Assembly (NCBI GenBank): GCA_050260475.1
Contig: JBLNCG010000028.1
Coordinates: 64,283 to 128,282 of the forward strand
DNA from: Bacillota bacterium
GTDB lineage: Bacteria; Bacillota; UBA4882; JBLNCG01
DNA length: 64,000 nucleotides
Direction: 5' to 3'
In this document: in pieces, positions 17,523 to 27,917 of the stretch
How the letters are laid out: each line of letters begins with the position of its first letter
Numbering within the stretch: position 1 is the stretch's first letter
Translations under genes and position numbers: made by a program
Notes under the pieces: model-generated
What the model saw: the letters and a program-made list of their open reading frames with translations, nothing else
Database searches by the model: none
What the model was told of the DNA's origin: nothing

Positions 17523-17608
17523 GGCCGGACCTCCCTTCGACGACACATATATTCTGCTTTGTTCGATATAATCCTGCTCAAGCCAATGCTTTTCTATAAA
17601 AACTTGTA

Positions 17609-17637
17609 GACAAAGCTTTTAATTTAGAGTAGAATTA
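17609..17637 (+). promoter_or_regulatory. candidate promoter TAGACA-17-TAGAAT for tRNA-Arg
   Basis: Hexamers with 5/6 matches each to the sigma-A consensus. The -10 lies 10 nt upstream of the tRNA 5' end. Confidence 0.4.
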
Positions 17638-17647
17638 TATATGCAGC

Positions 17648-17722
<75 letters not shown>

Positions 17723-17808
17723 TAAATTTTTAGACGACGAAACGGAATTATTATTTTAAGAATTTCATGATTTTTTTAAGGTTTACTTACCCAATGCATG
17801 TTTAAGAC

Positions 17809-17845
17809 AAAAGATGCAAAAGGAGCATCTTTTTTCTGTTTTTAA
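17809..17845 (+). terminator. rho-independent terminator after tRNA-Arg
   Basis: AAAAGATGC-aaaagga-GCATCTTTT followed by TTCTGTTTTT. Confidence 0.7.
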
Positions 17846-18016
17846 AATAAAGCATGAAAGCTGGAAAAGGTTATTCGGTATTTATCTCGAAAGTAGAAGC
17901 AATTTAGATTCCGTGGAAGGCGCGAACTTATATTGGTGAAAAATATTGCGGGATTATCACCCTGTGGGAGACCGGCGCCGACAACGGTATATCTCCATGA
18001 CGGAGGAGGTATGATC

Positions 18017-19327
18017 ATGAAAGTTAAAATTTGGAACCCCGTCTATGAATGTATGCCGCGCCGCGAAATAGAGGCTTTGCAGCTCATGCGGCTGAGAGAA
18101 CAGATGGATTACGCCTACCGGAACGTTCCTTTGTACCGGGAGAAGTTCGACAAGGCCGGGTTGACCCCGTGCATAATCCGTTCCTTGCAGGATCTGCCCA
18201 AAATCCCTTTCACCGATAAAAACGATTTCAGATTGAATTATCCTTACGGTATGTTCGCCGTACCGTTGGAAAAAATTGTCCGTATCCATTCTTCTTCCGG
18301 CACTACGGGTACTCCGACAGTGGTCGGATACACGAAAGAGGATTTGGATACTTGGTCTGAACTGGTGGCCCGTTTTATCACCGCCGCGGGAGTAACCGCC
18401 AGTGATATTGTGCAAATTTGTTTCGGCTATGGTTTATTCACCGGCGGCTTCGGATTGCATTACGGTCTGGAAAAAGTGGGGGCTACCGTAATTCCTGTTT
18501 CCAGCGGCAATACAGAACGGCAGATCAAAATCATGAAGGATTTCGGCAGTACGGTCCTGGTCAGCACCCCTTCTTACGCTTTGCATATGGCTGAGGTCGC
18601 AAAAGAGATGGGAATTTTGCCGGGCGATTTAAAGCTGCGCGTGGGGCTTTTCGGAGCTGAACCGTGGTCCGAGGCCATGCGCCGCGAACTGGAAAAAGCC
18701 TGGGGTATGCTGGCCACGGATAATTACGGGTTAAGTGAAGTCATGGGACCGGGAGTGGCGGGAGAATGCATTTTTTGTTGCGGTCAGCATCTGCAGGAGG
18801 ATCATTTCATTCCGGAGATCATCGACCCGGAAACCGGTGAAAACCTCCCGCCGGGCAAAGAAGGAGAGTTGGTTTTAACGGTCCTGACCAAAAAAGCGCA
18901 GCCTGTCTTCCGCTACCGGACACGGGACCTTACCGTATTGAACTATGAATCATGCCGGTGCGGGCGGACCAATGTCCGGATGCGGAAGACCACCGGCAGG
19001 ACGGACGACATGCTTATTATCAGGGGAGTTAATGTTTTTCCTTCCCAGATCGAAGAAATTTTAATAGGCATCGAAGGTGTTACCCCCCAGTACCAACTGG
19101 TGGTGGAGAGGGTGGAACGCCTGGATACCCTGGAAGTGGATGTAGAGGTGGATGCGGCTCATTTCACCGGCAGGTTGGGTTCTTTAGAAATGCTTGCGGA
19201 TCAAATCCGGCAGAAAATTTTTACCGCTTTAAACATTCATGTCAAGGTAAGGTTGCTTGAACCCAAAAGCATTGAAAGAAGTCTTGGCAAGGCAAAAAGA
19301 GTCATTGATAAACGGGAAATTAATTGA
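18017..19327 (+). CDS. phenylacetate-CoA ligase family adenylate-forming enzyme (PaaK/F390-synthetase-like)
   Basis: AMP-binding core [14 protein letters not shown]. PaaK-type N-terminus ([29 protein letters not shown]). C-terminal ACT-less tail. GGAGGAGG RBS before the ATG. Confidence 0.75.
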   Translation: MKVKIWNPVYECMPRREIEALQLMRLREQMDYAYRNVPLYREKFDKAGLTPCIIRSLQDLPKIPFTDKNDFRLNYPYGMFAVPLEKIVRIHSSSGTTGTPTVVGYTKEDLDTWSELVARFITAAGVTASDIVQICFGYGLFTGGFGLHYGLEKVGATVIPVSSGNTERQIKIMKDFGSTVLVSTPSYALHMAEVAKEMGILPGDLKLRVGLFGAEPWSEAMRRELEKAWGMLATDNYGLSEVMGPGVAGECIFCCGQHLQEDHFIPEIIDPETGENLPPGKEGELVLTVLTKKAQPVFRYRTRDLTVLNYESCRCGRTNVRMRKTTGRTDDMLIIRGVNVFPSQIEEILIGIEGVTPQYQLVVERVERLDTLEVDVEVDAAHFTGRLGSLEMLADQIRQKIFTALNIHVKVRLLEPKSIERSLGKAKRVIDKREIN

Positions 19328-19388
19328 GTTTAAGATAATTATTGTTGGGGCATAATAGAAAAAATTATGTCGTGATGGAGGTTAATAT

Positions 19389-19913
19389 ATGGCTTTTTGT
19401 GCAATCCGGAGGATTCTGGTCATATTGATATTAACCGTCATAGGGATGGCCGGCATATTTTTCGTATTCGCAAATCGAAGTGCGATATTCAATCCCCCCA
19501 GTATCACTGCGAAGACAATAGTTGAATATGAGATGTTTTTTGATTGTCTACATTCGATGCGATGGCATAAAACTGTTCCCGGTGAATGGATTGGAATGCG
19601 GAGAAACGATCTTTCCCGGAAATTGATATTTTGGAAACTGTTGGCGTTCGATGGGGGAAAAGTTATAGTCCGCCGGGAATATCACGATTTATGTCAAGCA
19701 TGCAAGGAAAAAAGATATCTGGGTTTGCAAAACCACCAGGTGGCGCTATACAGGGGTATTCCAGGGCTGGGGCGTCTGGAAAAAGTCCTTCCGGACATCC
19801 AGATCAGCGCTTTGCCCATGGAAGAGGTGGATGACCTGAGTAAAGGGATTCCGGTAACCAGCGAGCGTGAAATGTTGCAAATCATAGAAGGGTGGTCGGA
19901 AAAACCGGACTGA
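19389..19913 (+). CDS. hypothetical membrane-anchored protein
   Basis: N-terminal TM helix (ILVILILTVIGMAGIFFVF). The soluble domain has a CxxC pair (CQAC). No recognisable family. Downstream of the PaaK-like gene on the same strand. Confidence 0.45.
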   Translation: MAFCAIRRILVILILTVIGMAGIFFVFANRSAIFNPPSITAKTIVEYEMFFDCLHSMRWHKTVPGEWIGMRRNDLSRKLIFWKLLAFDGGKVIVRREYHDLCQACKEKRYLGLQNHQVALYRGIPGLGRLEKVLPDIQISALPMEEVDDLSKGIPVTSEREMLQIIEGWSEKPD

Positions 19914-19966
19914 CATACGGCAGGATTTGCCGCAGCATTGGCGAATTAAACTTGTGGTGATGCTAA

Positions 19967-20479
19967 TTGGTAATATTAGGGATTGATCCGGGAACAGCCA
20001 CTACCGGTTTTGGAATAATAGAAAAAAAGGGCTCGTCTTATGCAATTGTTAATTACGGGGTGATCAAGACTTCCGCCGACTTACAGCTTAAAGACAGGTT
20101 GCTTTTGATATATCAGGATTTATGCAAACTCATCGCGGTTTATCATCCGGATTCCTGCGCCATCGAAGAACTCTTCTTTAATAAAAATACACGGACTGCA
20201 CTAAACGTGGGACAAGCCCGGGGTGTCGCTTTGCTGGCCATGGCCGAAACGGGGCTTCCTGTAGGCGAATATACTCCTTTGCAGGTAAAGCAGGCTATCG
20301 TAGGTTACGGAAGAGCGGATAAACACCAGGTGCAATATATGGTGAAACTGCTTTTGAACATGACCGGTTTACCAAAGCCCGATGATGCCGCTGATGCTTT
20401 GGCCGTCGCATTATGCCATGGCCAATCATGCGGCAGGTTTTCCGAATTGATCCGGATGAGCGGAGGCAGTAAAAAATGA
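19967..20479 (+). CDS. ruvC: crossover junction endodeoxyribonuclease RuvC
   Basis: TTG start. ILGIDPGTATTGFGII and catalytic Asp/Glu residues. Confidence 0.9.
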   Translation: MVILGIDPGTATTGFGIIEKKGSSYAIVNYGVIKTSADLQLKDRLLLIYQDLCKLIAVYHPDSCAIEELFFNKNTRTALNVGQARGVALLAMAETGLPVGEYTPLQVKQAIVGYGRADKHQVQYMVKLLLNMTGLPKPDDAADALAVALCHGQSCGRFSELIRMSGGSKK

Positions 20480-21069
20480 TTGCAAGCATCAGGGGGAGGA
20501 TATTAAGCGTCGGTCCCGGATGGGTGATAATAGAGGCTGCGGGCGTCGGCTACCGGATTTTTGTGCCGCTAAATGCCATATCCCATTTCAGCGAGGGACA
20601 AGAGTCTTTATTATACACGTATCTGAACATCCGGGAGGACGCCATGCTGTTGTACGGATTCCTATCCACCGAAGAAAAGGATATTTTTCAAAAACTCCTT
20701 TCCGTTAACGGCATCGGCCCCAAAATAGCCCTGAGCATTTTGTCGGTCCTGTCGCTGGAACAAATCCAAGAGGGCATTCAGACACAAAATTTCACGTATT
20801 TCTCTGCCGTGCCCGGAATCGGCGCCAAAACAGCCCAGCGGATCGTATTGGAGATGGCGGGAAAACTCCCGGAACGGGAACTTGTTTCAAAAATCCCCGG
20901 AACAGCCGGGCGGTTTGCAGCCAACGAAGCCGCTGAAGCGCTGGTGGCTCTAGGATATCCCCTGTCTTCCGCCAATCTGGTTGTTTCCAGGCTCCACAGG
21001 GAAAATCCGCAGGACGGCGCGGCGGAACTGGTAAAAAAAGCGCTCCAGGAACTGGTAAAAGTAAAATAA
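20476..21069 (+). CDS. ruvA: Holliday junction DNA helicase RuvA
   Basis: Helix-hairpin-helix motifs ([22 protein letters not shown]). Overlaps the ruvC stop. Confidence 0.9.
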   Translation: MIASIRGRILSVGPGWVIIEAAGVGYRIFVPLNAISHFSEGQESLLYTYLNIREDAMLLYGFLSTEEKDIFQKLLSVNGIGPKIALSILSVLSLEQIQEGIQTQNFTYFSAVPGIGAKTAQRIVLEMAGKLPERELVSKIPGTAGRFAANEAAEALVALGYPLSSANLVVSRLHRENPQDGAAELVKKALQELVKVK

Positions 21070-21137
21070 CCGCTTTTTTTCGCATGATTTTGCCTGTGCT
21101 CCAGCACCGACTTTTAAATATTGGAAGAGGAAATGAC

Positions 21138-22172
21138 ATGGAAGAACGCATCATCTCAGGATTGCTTTCTGAAGAAGATCAGGATCTGGACTTAAGTTTA
21201 CGGCCCAGGTTTCTTCGGGAATTCATCGGCCAGGAGCGCCTGAAGGAGCTTTTAGGCATCTCCATCGAGGCAGCCAAATGCCGCAAAGAAGCGCTGGATC
21301 ATTGTCTGTTGTATGGCCCTCCGGGATTGGGCAAAACATGTCTCGCCCATATTATTGCCAATGAATTGGGGGTTAAAATCCGCACCACATCCGGGCCGGC
21401 GGTCGAAAGACCGGGCGATCTGGCGGCCCTGCTTACGAATTTGGAACCGTACGATGTGCTTTTTGTAGATGAGATTCACCGGTTGAACAGGAGCGTGGAA
21501 GAAATCCTTTATCCCGCCATGGAGGATTATGCTCTGGACATTATTATCGGTAAAGGACCCGCTGCACGCTCAGTGAGGATCGATTTACCTCCGTTCACTT
21601 TAGTGGGCGCCACTACCAGGGCGGGATTGCTTTCCTCGCCTTTCAGGGACCGCTTCGGTTTAATCAACCGCTTGGAATTTTACGATTTTGCGGATCTTGA
21701 GATCATTATAAAAAGAGCTGCGCAAATCCTGGAAATCGCAATAGACGGACCGGGCGCCTCGGAAATTGCCAGGCGATCCAGAGGCACGCCGCGGGTGGCG
21801 AACCGCTTGCTGAAAAGAGTCAGGGATTATGCGCAGGTTTGTGCGGAAGGCGTGATTACAACCACGGTTACGCAGCATTCGCTGGAGAAAATGGAGATCG
21901 ACTCCCTGGGGCTGGATCGAGTGGATCGCCATCTTTTGTCAGTGTTGATCGAAAAGTTTCAAGGCGGTCCAGTCGGCGTCGAAACCCTGGGCGCGGCTAC
22001 CCACGAGGCTGTTGAAACCATTGAAGACGTTTATGAACCGTTTTTATTGCAGTTGGGTTTCCTGCAGCGCACGCCCAGGGGAAGGATGGCCACACCTCTG
22101 GCATACAGGCACCTGGGTTTTAAAATCAAGAACTTGCCCCAGCAACGATTATTTTCAGAAAGTGAGGGTTAA
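21138..22172 (+). CDS. ruvB: Holliday junction DNA helicase RuvB
   Basis: AAA+ Walker [20 protein letters not shown]-terminus. Start at ATG 21138. Confidence 0.9.
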   Translation: MEERIISGLLSEEDQDLDLSLRPRFLREFIGQERLKELLGISIEAAKCRKEALDHCLLYGPPGLGKTCLAHIIANELGVKIRTTSGPAVERPGDLAALLTNLEPYDVLFVDEIHRLNRSVEEILYPAMEDYALDIIIGKGPAARSVRIDLPPFTLVGATTRAGLLSSPFRDRFGLINRLEFYDFADLEIIIKRAAQILEIAIDGPGASEIARRSRGTPRVANRLLKRVRDYAQVCAEGVITTTVTQHSLEKMEIDSLGLDRVDRHLLSVLIEKFQGGPVGVETLGAATHEAVETIEDVYEPFLLQLGFLQRTPRGRMATPLAYRHLGFKIKNLPQQRLFSESEG

Positions 22173-22176
22173 AGGA

Positions 22177-22638
22177 TTGAGCAGGCCGTCCAAGGATCAA
22201 TATTATCTCAATATCGCCCGCGAGGTCGGTCTCAGGGGCACCTGCCTGCGTAGAAGGTATGGGGCGGTAATTGTGAAGGATGATCAGATAATCAGTACGG
22301 GATATGTCGGAGCTGCGCGGGGAGCGGCGAACTGTTGCGATATCGGCAAGTGTAAAAGGCAGGAACTGGCCATCCCTCCCGGCGAACGTTATGAGTTATG
22401 CCGATCGGTTCATGCGGAAATGAATGCGGTGATCCACGCTTCCCGCAGGGATATGCTGGGATCCACACTCTACCTTCATGGTGAAAATTTTCCGGATGGA
22501 AGTGTGGTGGAAAACAGCCGGCCATGCATGCTCTGCACCCGGGTGATTATTAATGCAGGAATTGCCAGAGTAGTGGTCCAGGAGTCAGATAAAAAGACCA
22601 GGACATATTTGGTGGAAGACTGGGTCGGCGAGGAATAG
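22177..22638 (+). CDS. dCMP / cytidine deaminase family protein (ComEB-like)
   Basis: Zinc-binding HAEMNA and PCMLCTRVI motifs. TTG start 22177 just after the ruvB stop. Confidence 0.75.
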   Translation: MSRPSKDQYYLNIAREVGLRGTCLRRRYGAVIVKDDQIISTGYVGAARGAANCCDIGKCKRQELAIPPGERYELCRSVHAEMNAVIHASRRDMLGSTLYLHGENFPDGSVVENSRPCMLCTRVIINAGIARVVVQESDKKTRTYLVEDWVGEE

Positions 22639-23187
22639 ATGGATAAATTTCTGCTGCATGTTTGCTGCGGCCCATGCGCTTTGGGAGCAGTGCCGGCGTT
22701 TCGGGCCGAAGGCTTGAAGCCGGTTGGATATTATTTCAATCCGAATATCCACCCGTGGCGGGAATATGCGCAAAGATGGGACGCCCTCCGCGCGGCCTCA
22801 AAGAGTTTAAGCCTCCCATTAATGCCTCCGGGAAGATATGATTACCGGGAATATTTGAAACAAGCCTTGTTAACGGAAAGCCGCTGCGAGTCATGCTACC
22901 GAATCCGCTTGCTGGAAAGCGCCCGTAAAGCTGCAGAGCAGGATTTATCCTCCTTCAGCACCACACTTTTAATCAGCCCATACCAGAACCGGGAAATACT
23001 TATTGCAGCCGGCCGGGATGCGGCGGCGCAATATGGCTTGAAATTTCTCGAACCCGATTTGCGCCCTTTCTTCCATGAAGGCCGGCTTGCAGCAAAAAAC
23101 AATGGTATTTACCTGCAGGGCTACTGCGGCTGCATATTTTCGGAACACGAGCGATATGGTAAAAACGGACTGGAGCAAAGTAGGTAA
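22639..23187 (+). CDS. queH: epoxyqueuosine reductase QueH (DUF208)
   Basis: N-terminal LLHVCCGPCA Cys cluster plus a C-terminal CGC motif, characteristic of QueH. Confidence 0.75.
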   Translation: MDKFLLHVCCGPCALGAVPAFRAEGLKPVGYYFNPNIHPWREYAQRWDALRAASKSLSLPLMPPGRYDYREYLKQALLTESRCESCYRIRLLESARKAAEQDLSSFSTTLLISPYQNREILIAAGRDAAAQYGLKFLEPDLRPFFHEGRLAAKNNGIYLQGYCGCIFSEHERYGKNGLEQSR

Positions 23188-23203
23188 GGAGGATTACCGA
23201 CCG

Positions 23204-23428
23204 ATGCAGGAATTTTCTTTTTTGGGACGGATGCTGGTGGTAATAGGTATTGTCATTGCAGGAGCCGGAGTGATCTTCATGCTGGCAGGGAGGATACCCT
23301 GGCTGGGACGCCTGCCGGGCGACATTGTAATTAAAAAAGGTAATTTTACAGGCTATTTTTTATTCGGCACCAGCATCCTGATCAGCCTGATATGGACCTT
23401 GTTTTTCTGGCTGTTCGGCAAAAAATAG
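23204..23428 (+). CDS. DUF2905 small membrane protein
   Basis: Two-TM, 74-aa protein with the conserved RIPWLGRLPGDI motif. AAGGAGGA RBS. Confidence 0.6.
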   Translation: MQEFSFLGRMLVVIGIVIAGAGVIFMLAGRIPWLGRLPGDIVIKKGNFTGYFLFGTSILISLIWTLFFWLFGKK

Positions 23429-23446
23429 ATGGTCGTTCACGCCAGC

Positions 23447-23499
23447 TATCGATATTTGGTGGCAAGACGTAAAATTATCATAACAACGCAAATTGCTCT
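23447..23499 (+). repeat. intergenic repeat family A, copy 4 (3' half only, truncated)
   Basis: GCTATCGATATTTGGTGGCAAGACGTAAAATTATCATAACAACGCAAATTGCTC matches the 3' ~55 bp of family A. The 5' arm is absent. Confidence 0.7.
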
Positions 23500-23522
23500 A
23501 AGAGGGGAAAGAGACCTTTCAG

Positions 23523-24263
23523 ATGGCTTTGCTCAAAGATGAGGGGATTGTGGTGCGCACCCGGCCAATAAATGAAGCAGACCGGATTGTCACGATTTTA
23601 AGCGCAAAACACGGAAAAATAGAAGCGGTGGCGAGGGGGGCGCGGCGTCCGCGCAGCAGGTTCGTGGGCAGCACGCTTCCCTTCACGCACGTGGTTTTCG
23701 CTGTTTTTGAAGGCAAAGGCATGCATGATTTGAGTCAGGCGGAAATCATATCTTCTTTTCCTATTTTACGGAACGATTTGCTCAAGCTGGCTTACGCCTC
23801 GTACTGGATGGACCTATTGGAGAATCTTTTGGAGATTCAGCAAAGCGCCGAAGACGTTTTCAATTTGACCGCTAAAGCCTTAAAAGAATTATCCGAAGTG
23901 GATAAACCCGCATTGCTATCCAGACTGTTCGAATTACGCCTTGCGGATTACCTGGGGTGGAAGCCTGAACTGGAAGCATGTGTGCGGTGCGGGAAAACGC
24001 TGGACGCCCCGCCCTATTTTTTCTCCGCTTCCATGGGCGGGATGGTATGCCAGGCATGCAGGGATGGCTCCACCGGAGAAGTGCCGGTTTTGGAAGAAAC
24101 ATGGCAAACACTGAACAATCTGCAGAACAACAAGTCAAACCGCTGGCCCCAGAGCATCTCCCGGAGAGCCGAAAAAGAAATGGCGGGTTTATTGCATGAT
24201 TTTTTCCGGCTTCAGACCGGCAGGGCTATAAAGTCTTTTTCTTTTCTTCAAGAGGTGGAGTAA
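23523..24263 (+). CDS. recO: DNA repair protein RecO
   Basis: OB-fold N-terminus and C-terminal zinc finger (CVRCGK...CQAC). Confidence 0.85.
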   Translation: MALLKDEGIVVRTRPINEADRIVTILSAKHGKIEAVARGARRPRSRFVGSTLPFTHVVFAVFEGKGMHDLSQAEIISSFPILRNDLLKLAYASYWMDLLENLLEIQQSAEDVFNLTAKALKELSEVDKPALLSRLFELRLADYLGWKPELEACVRCGKTLDAPPYFFSASMGGMVCQACRDGSTGEVPVLEETWQTLNNLQNNKSNRWPQSISRRAEKEMAGLLHDFFRLQTGRAIKSFSFLQEVE

Positions 24264-24424
24264 GCGCTTTCGATGATAATCAGCGGATTTTAGGCATGAT
24301 GTGACGCCGTCAAAGCCGGGAGAATGCGTTAAACAATTCCCTTAAAAAGTCAAATTAAGCATTTTCACCTGCAGCGGTTTGTGATAAGATTAATAACCTA
24401 AGGAACCTGATAAAATCTGGAGGG

Positions 24425-25132
24425 TTGGCTTTGGCTGATTTTATTATGGATCAGATCCCTTTCCATGTGGACGAGGCGGATTTTTTTAAAACATGGCACG
24501 TGGATGAAAAGGCGCCCGATGCTTTCCGTATAAGGAAGCTGATCCGGGAAGCCCATTCCCTGGGCAGTCCGAAGGCTGTCTACAAAATGTCGCCAGTCCG
24601 GGAAAAAGGGCCTGATCATTTGATCATCGGCGATGTGAAATTCAAAAGTCGGGTGTTGAGCGTAAATATAGGCGCGGCGGAGCAGGTCTATCCGTTTGTA
24701 GCAACCTGCGGCGCGGAACTCGAGCGTTGGTCGCGGGAGTTTACCGATCCGATAGAGGTTTATTGGATAGAATCGATAAAGGAGCATGCCCTGGAGGAAG
24801 CCGTGCGTTGTCTGAGCAGCCATTTAAGGGAGATCCATGCCGCAGGCCCGTTGTCCGTCATGAATCCGGGCTCGCTTCCTGACTGGCCTTTGGAAGAACA
24901 AAAAGTCCTTTTTGCCTTGCTGGGCGAATTAACCGGCAGAATCGAAGTCCGGCTTATGGAAAGCTTTCTGATGGTTCCGACAAAGTCTATATCCGGCATA
25001 TTTTTTTCTTCCGACTCCGCTTTCGTAAACTGCCAGCTTTGCCTCAAGAAAAGCTGCCCAAACCGCAGAGCTTTTTATCAAGCCCATCTGTGGAATGAGA
25101 AATACGGCGCGTGTTGTGAAAAGAGTCAATAG
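24425..25132 (+). CDS. vitamin-B12-dependent methionine synthase activation-domain-like protein
   Basis: About 230-aa stand-alone protein resembling the MetH reactivation (AdoMet-binding) domain family common in Clostridia. Start is ambiguous (TTG 24425/24431 or ATG 24446). Confidence 0.45.
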   Translation: MALADFIMDQIPFHVDEADFFKTWHVDEKAPDAFRIRKLIREAHSLGSPKAVYKMSPVREKGPDHLIIGDVKFKSRVLSVNIGAAEQVYPFVATCGAELERWSREFTDPIEVYWIESIKEHALEEAVRCLSSHLREIHAAGPLSVMNPGSLPDWPLEEQKVLFALLGELTGRIEVRLMESFLMVPTKSISGIFFSSDSAFVNCQLCLKKSCPNRRAFYQAHLWNEKYGACCEKSQ

Positions 25133-25260
25133 ACACGATTGCCTTGATAATTATCCGGAAAAAGGCATAAATATGATCCGCAGGGATTTCTTAAAACTGC
25201 ACCGGTTTATAATTCGCCAATAAAGGCGACTTGTCGCAGGGAAAGGAAGGCAAACCTAAA

Positions 25261-26286
25261 ATGAAAATTCTCGTAACCGGAGGAGCCGGATATATTGGAA
25301 GCACCATCTGTTCCGCTCTTTTGGACAGCGGACACACGCCGATCATCCTGGATTCGTTGATTACAGGATGCCCGGAATATACCAAAAACCGCATTTTTTA
25401 CCACGGTGACATTGCCGACGGACATCTGGTGCGAAAAATTTTCTCGGATCATCCGGAGATTCGTTTAACGATACACTGCGCCGCTTTGATCTCAGTGCCG
25501 GAATCCGTGAAACGTCCTTACGAGTATTATAAAGAAAACGTGGCAAAATCCATAGAGCTGTTCCGACATTTGATCGATGCGGATTGCCCCAGACTGGTTT
25601 TTAGTTCCTCCGCTTCACTTTATGATGCGGTTCCCGGTTTTATGGTCAATGAAAAAACCCCTTTGAATCCCGGTAGTCCATACGCCAGATCAAAGCTCAT
25701 GATAGAAATAGTTCTGCGGGATTTTTGCAAGGCATATGGGATGAAAGGTATATCACTCAGATACTTCAACCCCATCGGCGCAGATCCGCAGATGCGATCG
25801 GGCATTTATTCGGATTCGACTCTCGTCCTGCCCACATTGATGGATGCCGCCATGGGAAAAAACACCGTATTCCGCATCACGGGAACAAACTGGCCCACCA
25901 GGGACGGTTCGGGAATCCGGGATTACATTCATGTGTGGGATCTCGCTTTGGCTCATGTCAGCGCGGCGGAAAAATTCGACAAAGTTTTGCGGCAAACTGA
26001 TGAAGACTATCCATATCTGGTGATCAACCTTGGCACCGGAAAGGGTGTCACCGTAAGAGAACTGGTAGCTGCTTTTGAAAAAGCACTGGGCATAAATATC
26101 CATAAGGTGGAGGCTCCTCCCAGGCCCGGGGACGTAGCGGGAGCATACGCCAATGCGGATTTGGCTTGGAAGTTGCTGGGTTGGAGAGCCAAGATGTCCA
26201 TCGAACAGGGCATAAAGGATGCCTTAAAATGGGGTGAAATACGCAAAACCCTCTTGAAAGCCGGAATACGGGAGGTACGAACATGA
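25261..26286 (+). CDS. galE: UDP-glucose 4-epimerase
   Basis: NAD Rossmann motif TGGAGYIGS and SxnY..K catalytic triad (SPYARSK). Start at ATG 25261 after GGAAAGGAAGG. Confidence 0.85.
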   Translation: MKILVTGGAGYIGSTICSALLDSGHTPIILDSLITGCPEYTKNRIFYHGDIADGHLVRKIFSDHPEIRLTIHCAALISVPESVKRPYEYYKENVAKSIELFRHLIDADCPRLVFSSSASLYDAVPGFMVNEKTPLNPGSPYARSKLMIEIVLRDFCKAYGMKGISLRYFNPIGADPQMRSGIYSDSTLVLPTLMDAAMGKNTVFRITGTNWPTRDGSGIRDYIHVWDLALAHVSAAEKFDKVLRQTDEDYPYLVINLGTGKGVTVRELVAAFEKALGINIHKVEAPPRPGDVAGAYANADLAWKLLGWRAKMSIEQGIKDALKWGEIRKTLLKAGIREVRT

Positions 26287-27317
26287 AGATCCCCATACCT
26301 CTATTCCTTTGTTTTACATGGGGGATTCTCGGGGTTTTTGCTTCAGAAAGCGGCGATTCTTTAAAGGAATCCTTAAAGTTCTTAGCCGAAAAGCGCGGTA
26401 TATTGGTTGGGGCAGCGGTAGCCGCTAAACCTTTGAAAGCCGATCCCCTTTATGCCGGGATCCTGGCGCGGGAATTCAATATTTTAACTCCGGAAAACGC
26501 CATGAAATTTGAAAATATCCATCCCGAACCGGAACGGTATGATTTCGCAGATTCCGACGCAATCGTCTCCTTTGCGCTGGATCATCATATGAAAGTCCGT
26601 GGGCATACGCTGGTATGGCATAATCAGATCCCGCTCTGGCTGATGACAAAGGATTATACCCGGGATGAACTGGTTAAAATTCTTCAAGGGCATATCTCGG
26701 AAGTGGTTACTCGTTATAAGGGTAAAGTATTTGCTTGGGATGTGGTAAATGAAGCGATCAATGATGATGGGACACTCCGCCGCAGTATCTGGCATGACGG
26801 CATCGGGCCTGAGTATCTGGAATTGGCTTTCAAATGGGCCCATGAAGCCGACCCGGACGTCATGCTGTTTTATAACGATTACAACGGGGAAGGCTTAAAC
26901 GGCAAATCAGATGCCGTTTACGATCTGGTCCGGGGTTTGCTGGCCAAAGGCATACCCATTCATGGCGTGGGTCTGCAAATGCATTTAAATGCCGGATGGT
27001 ATCCGGATCCCGCGGATATAGATGGAAATATAAAACGCTTGATGGATCTTGGCCTGCAAGTGCATATCACGGAAATGGATGTCAGGTTAAAAGAACCGCT
27101 TTCCAAGGAAAAATTGGAGGAACAGGCTAAAGTGTACCGGGAGATCATGGAGATCTGCCTGCGCCGTCGATGTCAGGCTTATATAACCTGGGGCTTTACT
27201 GATCGATATTCCTGGATCCCGCATTATTTTTTCGGCTGGAATGACGGATTGATTTTTGATCGATCATATCAGCCGAAACCGGCATATCTAGCGCTTATCG
27301 AGGCGTTGAAAAACTGA
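26283..27317 (+). CDS. secreted glycoside hydrolase family 10 endo-1,4-beta-xylanase
   Basis: Signal peptide. GH10 catalytic acid/base (WDVVNEA) and nucleophile (ITEMDV) motifs. ATG overlaps the galE stop. Confidence 0.8.
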   Translation: MKIPIPLFLCFTWGILGVFASESGDSLKESLKFLAEKRGILVGAAVAAKPLKADPLYAGILAREFNILTPENAMKFENIHPEPERYDFADSDAIVSFALDHHMKVRGHTLVWHNQIPLWLMTKDYTRDELVKILQGHISEVVTRYKGKVFAWDVVNEAINDDGTLRRSIWHDGIGPEYLELAFKWAHEADPDVMLFYNDYNGEGLNGKSDAVYDLVRGLLAKGIPIHGVGLQMHLNAGWYPDPADIDGNIKRLMDLGLQVHITEMDVRLKEPLSKEKLEEQAKVYREIMEICLRRRCQAYITWGFTDRYSWIPHYFFGWNDGLIFDRSYQPKPAYLALIEALKN

Positions 27318-27364
27318 AGGGAAGAGCCGGGGTACTGTAGAACCGGTAATTTAATATATCTGAC

Positions 27365-27408
27365 GGATTTCGGAAATCCGGGACACTAAAACGCGTTTTC
27401 CGAAATTG
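27365..27408. repeat. minimal family C-like element / 10-bp-stem hairpin
   Basis: ATTTCGGAAA-(24 nt)-TTTCCGAAAT. Shares the 16-mer TTTCGGAAAACGCGTT (reverse complement) with family C copy 2. Confidence 0.5.
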
Positions 27409-27521
27409 GAATGGATCAGTTTAAGCGTCGGTCTAATGCGGTATAGAAAAGCAATCTTTGGATAAAATAAGCTTCGCAAGTATACTGATTTAATTTTAAT
27501 CCTAAAAGAGGTGCAAATATC

Positions 27522-27917
27522 ATGGAGGAACTGGCGAAAATCGATATCATCCGGGAACGTACGAATCTTTCTTACGGCGAAGCCCGGGAACTGCTCGCGC
27601 AGCATAACGGGGATCTTGTGGCGGCTTTAATTTCCATGGAAAAAGAAGGGAAAATTGAACAGCAGCAATGGAAGCAAAAGGGAAACGAACTCCTGGAAAA
27701 AATCAAAGAGGTTATTCACCGGGGGAATATAACCAAGATCAAGGTAACCCAAAATGAACAGGTCATCCTGGAGGTTCCGGTAACCGCCGGAGTAGTCGGC
27801 ACTTTACTCGCTCCGCAGTTGGCGATCGTTGGAGCGGCAACCGCCCTGTTCACCGGATGCAGGGTGGAGTTTGAAAGCGGAAATATGGGAGGCGGAGCGG
27901 ATATACCGGTTCAATAA
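27522..27917 (+). CDS. DUF4342 protein with N-terminal UBA/NAC-like domain
   Basis: N-terminal ELAKIDIIRERTNLSYGEARELLAQHNGDLVAAL (UBA-like) plus a C-terminal DUF4342-like region. Confidence 0.5.
   Translation: MEELAKIDIIRERTNLSYGEARELLAQHNGDLVAALISMEKEGKIEQQQWKQKGNELLEKIKEVIHRGNITKIKVTQNEQVILEVPVTAGVVGTLLAPQLAIVGAATALFTGCRVEFESGNMGGGADIPVQ

Noticed and set aside
22012-22176. Upstream part of the deaminase ORF overlapping the ruvB 3' end
   Set aside because: Homology to dCMP/cytidine deaminase begins at TTG 22177, immediately after the ruvB stop. The overlap is a frame artefact.
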